A DNA stretch of 64,000 nucleotides from Eledone cirrhosa. Lineage: Eukaryota. Both the position numbers and the translations under genes were made by a program. The notes beneath the pieces were generated by a model that was not told the DNA's origin, made no database searches, and was given only the letters and a program-made list of their open reading frames with translations. Position 1 is the first letter of the stretch. Each line of letters starts with the position of its first letter. This document shows, one piece after another, positions 36,831 to 48,365 of the stretch. The stretch lies in contig OZ024742.1 in assembly GCA_964016885.1 (NCBI GenBank), positions 352,842,001-352,906,000 on the forward strand, in the 5' to 3' direction.

Positions 36831-36917
36831 GTTCAATCGACTGACAGGAAGGTATACTGTGCTGATGACAGCGAATAAGCTAGAAACTAGTTCATCGTTC
36901 CTTTGTCAGTGTTGAAC
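36831..36917 (+). ncRNA. Minimal type I hammerhead ribozyme-like motif
   Basis: CTGATGA 36862-36868, stem II AGC/GCT, GAAA 36883-36886, palindromic AACTAGTT stem III, extended stem I (ACTGACA/TGTCAGT, GTTCAA/TTGAAC). Confidence 0.7.
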
Positions 36918-37018
36918 AAAAGGGCAATGGTGGTTTCCGAACACCGTACGGCTAATAATTCGGGCTGTTTGTTTACAAACAAACCGACCATTATAATAAA
37001 TGTTCAGTAAACCCATAC

Positions 37019-37020
<2 letters not shown>

Positions 37021-37074
<54 letters not shown>
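37021..37074. repeat. (TA)n microsatellite
   Basis: Directly visible. Confidence 0.98.
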
Positions 37075-37082
<8 letters not shown>

Positions 37083-37402
37083 ATGTATTTATATATATAC
37101 ATACTACCGTATGTCTGTATAACAACATTACTATTATTTCAAACTAGCTCACTTGGTCATTTACAATTGGAACACATGAATACTTGTATCTCTCTTCATT
37201 CGGCTCATATATTCAATTGTATTAAACTGCTCGTAAATATTCCCTTCTGTGAGCTATTTAATTGTAACAAAGTACTTGGAGCTTCTAACTCAATCTATGA
37301 TATTCTCGGCTCCATATGTAGAGCTAACCTTAGTCTCATAAAACCGGTTACTATTTTTAGCGGCATGAGTATGAGTCACGCGAGGCGCTGCAACATATGC
37401 TT

Positions 37403-40400
37403 TTATATCAACACATCGTTCAGTCTTCTTAGATCCTATGAAGTGATAGATACGAATTTCCTGGATACCTGCAGATGGGCACTGGAATGGTGGATTTCAC
37501 TTAATAATTCTTGCGGAACAGATTTAGATGCGTCCGGGTATCAAAGGCAGTTTTAGCCCGATATAGTTTTTTTTTATGTTTATTGATTTGTTACTTTAAA
37601 TCGAGATGGGGAAACCATATCGTTTCAAATTAGTATTTATTCAACCTAGCTAACTTGGTCACTTGCAATTCGAACATATATATACTTGTATCGGTGTTCA
37701 TCCCTCTCATATATTCAATTGTATTACACGGCTCGGAAAGATGCCCTTGTTTGAGCTATTTAATTAGAAAAGACAATTCGAGTTTCTAACTCAATCTATG
37801 GTATATATATATATATATATACAATATATTAATAAATGGAAACTATATTTATAAAATCATGTTTATTTTATTATATATATTTCAAAGGCAACCAAATCAA
37901 ATTATGGTGCGCTTTCATTAGATAAAATACAGATTTGTTTTATAAATACATATTGACATACCCGGAAAAAAGACAACGTTAACGGTTGGAGCTTCCAGGA
38001 TAGTGGAGATATATTTTATTGAGGGTAATAGAAAGTTCTGAGTGAGTATGCAAATTAGTGTCCGAAAAGTTGAAAAGATAACGGTTTATTGAAATTAAAC
38101 TCTTGGAAGACATAGTTAAAGGAATCGTATTCTTAAGAATACCATTAAAACATAAACCATAGGTTATTTTATAAGAAGTTATATTTGCTATAAATTTAAA
38201 AAATGTATCTTAAGAATATAGTTAAAACATAAACCATAGTTTATTCCAAATGTATATAAAAAACCTATATATAAAAATCATATGTTATTCCACATATATA
38301 TAAATATTTGGATACATATATTTAAAATGTTTGAAGATATAAAAATATTGGAAGATATGAAAATAATGTTTTTTTCATATCTTTCAAAGGGACTTTCAAA
38401 GAATTTTCTAAAACCTTCTGAACATTTTTCTAGGAAAATTTCCCTTAAAAGAATTTCAAGTAGTCATATAAAAAAGGTTATATTCTATTGATAAGTGTAA
38501 TAATGTATTTATGAGGTAGACATAATAGAAAGTAATAATAATATAATCTGAAGGATGATGTTGTAGCTGGTTGGATATAGAACACATTATGTAAAGGAGA
38601 TTAAGCATATATTACATTTTATATATATATTTAAAAGTTGAGTTTAAACGATGTTTACAAGAACTAAATAAATTATATCGCAAATTAATAGAGTTCTTAC
38701 TTTTTAGTATAAAGGGAGCAATTTTTGGAGAGAACTGTGTATGATGGAGCTTTGGAGATAATTTCCCAAAATAAAGAATAGTTAATATTCTTGGATTTTA
38801 AGTTCCATAATAAGTTGGACAGAGAAGTTGAAGATTGTTTACGAATATTCGTAAAGGAACATTTATGGTTATTGAAACGAGATTTGAAGTCAGTGGAAGT
38901 AGAGCCGACATAGTTAAGGAATTTTCATTGGTTTTGACATTACAATTGTATACTATATTTTTAACTAAAGATGTATGATTTAGAGGACAGTTAGATTTAT
39001 TTCTACAATTACATCTATCTGAATTTATATTAGTAACAGCCGTAGCATTATATTGGATATTGCTAGAGGTATTAATGCTATTCTGGTTAGGTTTTAAGTT
39101 TCTATTATTAATTCTATTAATATTTTGCGCTAAATGCATAGTGGTTGAATATGAGAGTTTAATAGTATGTCTATTAAAGATTGCGTAATATATGTGTGTC
39201 TTAGGAAAGCACTTATCTAGAGCTTTACAAAATAATTTAGCTATAGGAGTTTTACCACTTAATAAGAAAGGGGGAGCGAACCATAATATATTTCTAGTTC
39301 TATATCTTCTGATTTTCGAGTTAGTGCAAGGTTTCCTATTATAATAATATTTATCGTTATGGTTAATCGGCACATCCTTATTATCAATGTATGTAATTTC
39401 CTTACTATAGCCTGCTCTACTTAACTCTTCGTTATAATATTGTGCCTTTTCTTCAGATATATTTTTATTCTAGAAATTCTAGAAATACGTTGCTGCACAG
39501 AATTTACGATAGTGTTTTTAACGGATCTGGGGTGATTGGAAATAAAGTTAACATAGGTTAAATTCTCATTGACTTTATGAAATGGATAATAAAGAACAGT
39601 ATTAAGGTTTAAAGTTACATCTAAAAAATTAACTATTTTATAATTATTCTCTACTTCTACTTTAAGATTAACGCTATTAAAACATTGAATAATTTTTTTT
39701 ATTTTCCTATTTATTTCACAATTATTATTATTTTCAATAGGCAATAGCATATCGTCACGATATAAACCACCGGTCATCTCTGGTATTTTTCGATGTAAAG
39801 TATTGTTAATATAAAGCCCCACAAGATCCGTTAATTGTGCCGAGTCCGATGGCCCCATAGTGATATCGATATTGTTATCCCTATCTGCTCTAGTCCAAAG
39901 GTGGTTGCTAAATTTAATTAATGTTTCCGTGCAGTTAAGATAATGTGCAATTCATGGCTAGTTAAATCAGTATATTTAAATGCATATGTAAGGGCTTTAT
40001 TAAGTAAATTACGAGTGATAGATGAATAATAATTAGCAATATCCAATTGAATGAATTTATTGTTATGTTTATATTTAATGTCCTTAAACCAGTCAATAAC
40101 TTCATTAGTCCCATTCCATAGTTTTAAATAAGATATTTACTTAAGTTGTGGTATGATTATATCTAAACTAGTCTTGCTAAGTATGCGAAGGTCCGATTTA
40201 GATGGTGCAAACAATCTAACAGGTAATTCAATTTCAACATTTCTTTTATGGTCCTTCAAATTAATTTTTGGTTTCCTAGGTATGAAGGCTTGAGTCCTAT
40301 TTTCGATGCCTAATTCCTGCATTATATAAGAAGCTTCAGTATTTAGTCTTTCAAGATCACCATTGGTTGCTATTTTGTAATTGTTTCTTAATTCCTTCAA

Positions 40401-41954
40401 TATAAGATTATTATCATCCTTTTGCATTCCGTAAAGATTATATCTATATATGATTCATATATATTTAATTTACTTTTTATTATATCTACCTCATAAATAT
40501 ATTATTACACTTATCAATAGATTATAACCTTTTTTATAGGAATATTTGAAATTCTTTTAAGGAAAATTTTACTTGAAAAACTTTCGGAAGGTTTTAGAAA
40601 ATTCATAATATAATTAAGTAGTTATTCCTTTGAGAACTCTCTTAAATTTTCATAAATTTAAAATTATTTGGATGTTTAAATTTTTACTTACAAATATTAA
40701 TAAATATTTTTGCCAAAATTACTCTAATAAAATAAACTATACTAGATTTTCTCTAATGTAAAATACTATATATTTATTTAAATAATTTATAATCCTTAAC
40801 ATACACATCTAAACCAATATATTATTACTAATACATCTTAATATAATATAAATACTTCTGTGTTAATTTTAATTTTTAATTTTTATTTTTTATTTTTTAT
40901 TTTTTATTTTTAATTCTTAATGTTTTTATTTTTCATATTAATATTAAATTATTAAATTAAATCTTTAATTTTGATTTCTAATTTTTTATTTTAATATAAT
41001 TTTCAACCTGCCATTATAAATATCAAATAAATCATAACGTAATTAACCCTACATTCTAAATATTATTCTTACACGTTAATCGTATTTCTTCTTTAACTTC
41101 TTCTTTCACTGAGATATATTTACGCTATGTATATTTTTCCATTAAAACTTATTTCTTCATTAATTCTTACTTTCTTCAATATCACTATGAATAATCGTTC
41201 TTTATTTCCTCATCTCTCTTTCTTATTCCTTTTCTTTTTTCTTTTTTTTTCTCTCGCTTACATTTCATCCTCTTCCAAGAGTTTAATTTAAATAAACCGT
41301 TATCTTTTCAACTTTTTGGACACTCATTTGCATACTCACTCATAACTTGTATTACCCTCAATAAAATATTATCTCCACTATCCAGGAAGCTCCAACCGTT
41401 AAGGTTGTCTTTTTTCCAGGTATGTCAATATTTATTCATAAAACAAATCTGTATTTTATCCGTTGAAAGCGCACCATAATTTGCTTTGGTTGCTCTTGAA
41501 ATATATATAATAAAATAAATATGGTTTTATAAATATAGTTTCCATATTGTATATATATATATCAGAGATTGAGTTAGAAACCCAAAATAGTCTTTTACAA
41601 TTAATTAACTCAAAGAAGGGTATCTTTCCGAGCCGTGTAATACAATTGAAAATATGAGAGGGGTGAACACCGATACAAGTATATATGTGTTCGAAATGCA
41701 AATGACCAAGTTAGCTAGGTTAAACAAATACTAATTTAAACAATATGGTTTGCCCGTCTTGATTTAACGTAATAAATCAATAAAAATAACAAACCTATAT
41801 CGGGAAACTAGCTTTGATACCCGGACATATCTCAATCTGTACCGCAGGAATTATTAAGTGAAAGCCACCATTCCGATGCCCTTCTGCAGGTAACCAGGAC
41901 AATCGTACCTTTCACTTCAACGGATATAAGAAGACTGAACGATGTGTTGATATA
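37403..41954 (-). mobile_element. Penelope-like element (Naiad-like), decayed, with inverted pseudo-LTR
   Basis: ORF remnants 40430-38640: GLYRDD RT, FLDVTL, LWFAPPF, CNCR..CPL before a decayed GIY-YIG. Inverted arms 37403-38110/41272-41954 and 38401-38535/40470-40604. Clade assignment from recalled motifs. Confidence 0.8.
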
Positions 41955-41958
41955 TTCA

Positions 41959-42280
41959 ATGTCTACGCCATCTTTATTTAATCAGATTAAATAAAGATGG
42001 CGTAGACATACAATACAACTGGAGGAAACATAATAGCACCACTGACGATGTTGAGGATGTACAACGAAAGATCTTTGTTAGACTACATATATATATGTTT
42101 GTGTCTATGTTGTATCTGTATTTTTGACCGTTGGATATTCAATGGTGAACATTGAAGACCGAATAAATTAACTGATATAAAATATACAGAAGCTAAAACC
42201 AACCAAACACTGAGTGTGTTCTGTTATTAATTCTGGCAATATTATTACAACAATATGACCCTCTCCAAGTATAACAATAT
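41959..42280 (+). mobile_element. PLE family 2 pLTR stub with 5' fold-back palindrome
   Basis: Homologous to 47990-48280 and 53340-53587; hammerhead core 42042-42069; ends in (TA)n. Confidence 0.8.
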
Positions 42281-42581
42281 ATATATATGTATATATATAT
42301 ATTAGGAAACTATTGTAATTATGTAGAACAGACGCTGGCACACACATACACTCACATACACACACCTATTGATACTCACAAACACAAATACACACCCAGA
42401 TGTATGCATACTGAGGTCTGTTTCTCTTCTGTTCTCCCCTCAGTGTCCATCCTCTTTGTCTTCACGTGATACTACAGATATTATTATCCTCTTCTGATCA
42501 ACCATTTCTCCCACCCCCTCTTATTTTTTTCCAATCCCAACCAGCCCGTCGCCTCAATCTATCTTATCTCTCAATTTTTTT

Positions 42582-42612
42582 CTGACGAATGACTAGCGTC
42601 CGAAACGTTAAG
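42582..42612 (+). ncRNA. Minimal hammerhead motif of PLE-pLTR type
   Basis: CTGACGA-AT-GAC-TAGC-GTC-C-GAAACGTTA, downstream of a CT-rich tract. Confidence 0.6.
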
Positions 42613-42704
42613 ACACTCTTCTTGCTATATCAAGCGTTAACCTAATATATCCTGTACCGATTGTGTTGTTATTTCTGTTAACATTTTACATACATATATT
42701 TATA

Positions 42705-44390
42705 TAGAAAAGGTGAAGTTGGAAATAGCACGAACATATATATTTTAGGGTCTGCTGTTTCTCTTTTCTTTTTTTTCCATTCATTGATTCGTCAAAGTGA
42801 CATTATTGAAAACTATGAGAGGGACAATTCTTTTTAAAAAAGAGTTTTGTAAACTTAACTATAATAAAGAAAGGAGTGCGGGACTGCATCCAGAATATAT
42901 TTTGTTTACCCCGTTTATAAAATAAGATGGATTACTTTGAATAAATAATGAATGAATATTACATAATCTTTCTACTAAATTTCGGGGCTCTTGATTCAAT
43001 ATATTTTATAGCTTATTTAAAGATTCACTTCTTTAAAATTGTCAAATGTCAACACTTCCGTTTAGCGGCCGTTAACTTATAACACTTATAATCGCATATA
43101 TTTCCGTTGCTAATTCTCTCCTAATGCAGTTTATATATAATATCGTCTTTTTTTAAATGTATCATGGATTACGTTACTGATTACATAAGACAGTGTATAT
43201 TGTGAATTACGATTTTATTTACATGCATCTATATTTGTGTATAATATCAATATACACACTACACATGCTGGCCGAAGGGTGGTCTTTCTGCTAGTGTATA
43301 TACAGCATATAAAGTATTACCGGTTTCAATGTATTATTAAACTTCATCTACTCAAATGTTGAGTATTAACATTGAAAATAATTAATAAGAATTAAAAACT
43401 AAAGATTAAATATTTAAAATTAAAATATCACGTTGTGTGTGTGTCTGTGTTGATTCTTCACTTCACAATTCACCAGTTGATATTACAGACCAATAAACAG
43501 CTCACTACTTTGGTGGTTATTGTAGAACTCAATACTTTCTTTAAGTCTGTATGTGAGTTCAATTATCACATAAGTGGGGAGTCGACTTTTTTTCTCAGTT
43601 TTACACTTGTAATTGTTTGCCACCTGTAAATGTTTGCCACCTGTAATTTGCTTACAGATGTAATTGTTTGCCCCCTGTAAATATTTTACATCTGTAATTG
43701 TTTGCCACCTGTGAATGTTTTGCACCATTATATACCAAAGAATGTAGAAATATAATGCAGTATCTTATTATCTTCAGAGATATAACAGTTTACTTGATAA
43801 AGAACCAAGAAATAAGTATATTGTGGAAATATTTAGTGAAAATATCTGTATAGAGGCGGTATATACCACAGTAGGTGAAAATATCTATTTTCATCTGGGA
43901 TTTACCACAGTTAATGGAAATATCTGTTTACAGCTGGGGAATACCTCAGGTGGTATAAATATATATTTAGATCTGGAATATACCATACTCTATGGAATTA
44001 TCTAATTAATTCATGGATATATCACAATTTGTAGAAATGTCTATTTATATCTGGGATATACCACAGTTGGTGTAAGAAACAGTCCTACCTTCATACATTC
44101 ACCAACCTTTGACTAGGAAACTATTGTAATTATGTATAACACAGGTTGGCACACACATACACACACATACACACATACACACACATACACATACCTATTG
44201 GTACTCACAAACACGAATACAAACTCACACGTATTCATACTCTGGTCTGTTTCTCTTCTGTTCTCCCCTTTACCTTTCTCCACCCCAGTGTCCTTCCTCT
44301 TTTGTCATCACGTGGTGCTACAGAGCTTATTACTCTCTACTGATCAAGTTTCTCACCCCCTCTCTCTTTCTCTCTCTCTCACTATATATA
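42705..44390. repeat. Composite non-coding dispersed repeat, copy 1
   Basis: Collinear with 54462-55930 and 56535-58150; internal about 17-bp and about 30-bp tandem arrays, then CA- and CT-rich end. Confidence 0.8.
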
Positions 44391-44523
44391 TATATATATA
44401 TAACAACGGTCACGCATGATGTCCTTTTCTTCATTCTTTCTTTCATTCTTCCATTTTTGCGGTAACGTCTGCCCTCTTCTCTCTCTCTCTCTCTCTCTAT
44501 CTCTATCTCTCTCTCTCTCTCTA

Positions 44524-44555
<32 letters not shown>

Positions 44556-45037
44556 CTTCATCTATCTTATCTTATTTTCTCTCTTCTTCTCGCTCCTTTT
44601 CTATATATATATATATATATCTTTATTTCTTCTCACATTTTCTCAGACGCACCCCCTCCTTATACCTATATCTCGCTCCACATCCTCCTCTTCATCATAT
44701 TTAAGTTTATCATGTTATTATTTGTGTATTTAAATATTGAGATTTGTTGTAATAAATCACTGCCAAGACTGGAATTGAACCATCAAATCAGTTGAGGTAT
44801 GTCATACATCAATTCATATATTTTATCTGATGAGGGCATACTGAGAAAACAGTACAGTACCTCCAAAACATGTATAGTAAAACATATATTTTGATTATGG
44901 GAACGTATTCATTTATTAATATTTTGAATAATATATATATATATATTTATACATATAGATAGAGTTAGACAGATAGATAGATAGATACATACACACACAT
45001 ATAGTGATATTATATATATATATCCCCCCCACCCCTC

Positions 45038-45112
<75 letters not shown>

Positions 45113-45119
<7 letters not shown>

Positions 45120-48100
45120 ATACATGGGGAGGGTCATATTGTTGTAATAATATTGCCAGAATTAATAGGAGAACACACGCACTGTTTGTTTGGTTTTCGC
45201 TTCTGTATCTTTTATATCAGTTACTTTATTCAGTCCTCAATGTTTACCAATGGTCAATGTTTGACCAATGGTCAAAAATACAGATATAATATAGATATAA
45301 ACACATATATATAGTCTAACAAAGTTCTTTCGTTGCACATCTGCAACATCGTCAGTGGTACTATTATGTTCCTCCTGTTTTATTGTGTATTTACGCCATT
45401 TGTATCTAATCTGTTCATTTATTTATTTATTTATTTACATTCGTCTTCTTCTCTGCGCATGCGTTTGCGCCTGTGTATAGCGATTGGTGCGTGTTCGCGT
45501 TTGGGTGACTGTGTTTTGGCTATTATATTCTATCTTAGTTTACTAGTGCGTGTTTATATGTGTTTGTTGTTATTTAGCTTGTGTATATATTTATTTATTT
45601 ATACTTCTCTTAAGTCAGTATTGTTTGTTTGGGTGTTGTTTTTATTCCATTCATTTTTTCCTGTTTAGCTTTTCCCTTCTAATTTCTATTTCACTGGCCT
45701 CTCTGATTATCCTATCTGCTGGGTCATTTCTATGTGTAGATATTATTTTAATTTCTGTGTGGTCTATGTTACCCTCATGTTGTTGTCTGGCGTGTTCGTA
45801 TAGTACTGAACCGTTTTTTCGTCCTTTTAGTTCCCCCCAGTGCTGGTCTATCCTTTCACCTATGCTACGAGCTGTCTCGCCTATTTATGTTGTTGTCATG
45901 TTTCTGCAAGTACTCTCTGTACATTTTATGCTATAGACTACGTTTCTAGTGTTACAGTTTATCCGATGGTTTACTTTCCAAATAATACATTTCCTATTAG
46001 TACAGTGGGTTTTCTTAAAAGGGTATGTTTTGCTGATCAGAGAGTTTATGGTAGTTCCTGGCATTTCTAAATATTTACTCTTTAAGTGGGTCTTTCCCAG
46101 GCCTTTCTAAACTGGTTAGTTAATTGCCCTCCAGGGGTAGCGTCCAGGAACATGACACTCTGGTATCCCTTGTTGTCGTACCATGAGGGGATTTTCATAA
46201 ATATCTCATGTTTAGTCCTATCTAAGCTATTCCATGATTTGCAGCTGTATAATGGGCAACATTATTTCGTGTCCAGTTATATGAGGGTCTTATACTTAGC
46301 CGTGACTCCTTCGTATACTCTGATTCTGTCTCTTTGGTTGTAGCCAGATAACTGCATGTGGTTGATGAAGTGTTGGATGTGTCTTTCCACTTCTTTTGGG
46401 TCGCACATGCGGGACAGGTTCTTCAACACTCGTACCAAGTCTGTGTTCAGAATATTAAAATTAGCACTACTGGACATTGCTGAGTTTTTGAGTATCAGGT
46501 ATTTGGAGGCCATGTGTTTAGCGAAGTGTGAGTAGATAATTTGGGCCCTCTCGTCTATAGTGTTAATCCAGAGTTCCGTGTCTAATACAGGTACTCTAAT
46601 GTTAGGGTGTATGGAATTAGCTATGTGCTGAATGCTTTCCATTGTGCTACATTCTAAATCATACTTGTTAGTACTGTCTTGTAGGGTTGTCCTTATTACT
46701 ATATTAATGTCGTCTACGTAAAGACAGTACTTGATGAAGTCTATGGAGCTCTCATCAAGGAGATATTTCAGTCTCCTTTCCCACCATACCATAATAAAGT
46801 TGGCAACGTCAGCAGCTATGCTGACGCTAATGACTGCTCCCTCATTTTGGGTGTAGATCTTCTTGTTGATTTGAATATGTGGCGCTTTAGGGTAGTTTTA
46901 ATACTAGCCCTTATTGCATGCGCGACCCTTTTTCTTACCTGATTATTGTTTTGGAGGGTCCGTTTGTCTTTGGTCCACCCAACCCACCTTCCCATGGAAG
47001 TCTTTTTTGCCATTGAGATTATGGTGGGATTTCTAACTCTTATGGGTCTATTGGGGCAGAAACGGCTATGTTCATGGCTGCTTAGGTAGTCAGTGTCATA
47101 GGTAAGTCTAAGTAGGTGGCTATATATTCAGATTCAACGAGAACATCTACACCCAAAATTAGTAAGCAGACATTGGCAGGAATAAATAATTCATGGAACA
47201 GCTTAGATAGGACTAAACATAAGATAGAGAAAACCACCTCATGGTACGACAAGAGATACCAGATTGTCATGTTCCTGGACGCTAACCCTGGAGAGAAATT
47301 AGCTAACCAGTTTAGAATGGCCCTGAGAAAGACCCACTTAAAGAGAAAGCCAGGAACTACCATAAACTCCCTGGTCAGCAAAACCTACCCTTTTAAGAAG
47401 ACCTATTGTACTAATAGAAAATGTATTATATGTAAAGTAAACCCGGATAAACTGTTAAACTAGAAACGTAGCCTATAGCAATAGATGTAAAGAGGGTACT
47501 TGCAGAAACATGACAACAACATAAATAGGTGAGACAGCTCGTAGCATAGGTGAAAGGATAGACCAGCACTGGTGGAATTAAAAGGACGCAAAAACGGTTC
47601 AGTATTATACGAACACGCGAGACAACAACATGAGGGTAACATAGACAACATAGGAATTAAAATAATATCTAAACATAGAAATGAACCAGCAGATAGGCAA
47701 ATCAGAGAGGCCAGTGTAATAGAACTTAGAAAGGCCACAGATAAACAGAAAAAAGTGAATGGAATACCAACACCCAAACAAACAATACTGACTTGAGAGA
47801 AGTATAAATAAATAAATAAATAAATAAATAAATACACAAGCACATTAACAACAAACACATGTAAGCACACATTAGTAAACAAGATAGAGTACAATAAGCA
47901 AGACACAGTCACACAAACACTATAAACACAAGCAAACGCATGCGCAGAGAAGAAGACAAAAATAAATACATAAATAAATAAATAAACATTGATAAAGATG
48001 GCGTAAATATACAAAACGACAGGAGGAACATAATAGCACCACTGATGATGTTGCAGTGTGCAACGACAGAAATGTGTTAGACTATATATATGTGTTTATG

Positions 48101-48320
48101 ACTATATTATATCTGTATTCTTGACCGTTGGTCAGTCAATGGTAAACATTGAGAACCGAATGAATTAACTGATATAAAAGACAAAGAAGCGAACACCATC
48201 CAATCAGTGAAAGCGTTCTGTTATTAATTCTGGCAATATTATTACAACAATATGACCCTACCGAAGTATAACGATATTTGTTTCGACACACGATTTCATA
48301 TCAAAAACCTCCCCAAATAA
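45113..48320. mobile_element. PLE family 2: 5'-truncated minus copy (47115-45113) plus inverted 3' copy (about 47180-48320)
   Basis: RT YVDD, VLDTELW, GIY-YIG remnants; arms are reverse complements; both outer ends abut (TA)n. Confidence 0.85.
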
Positions 48321-48328
48321 ATTTATAA

Positions 48329-48360
<32 letters not shown>

Positions 48361-48365
<5 letters not shown>

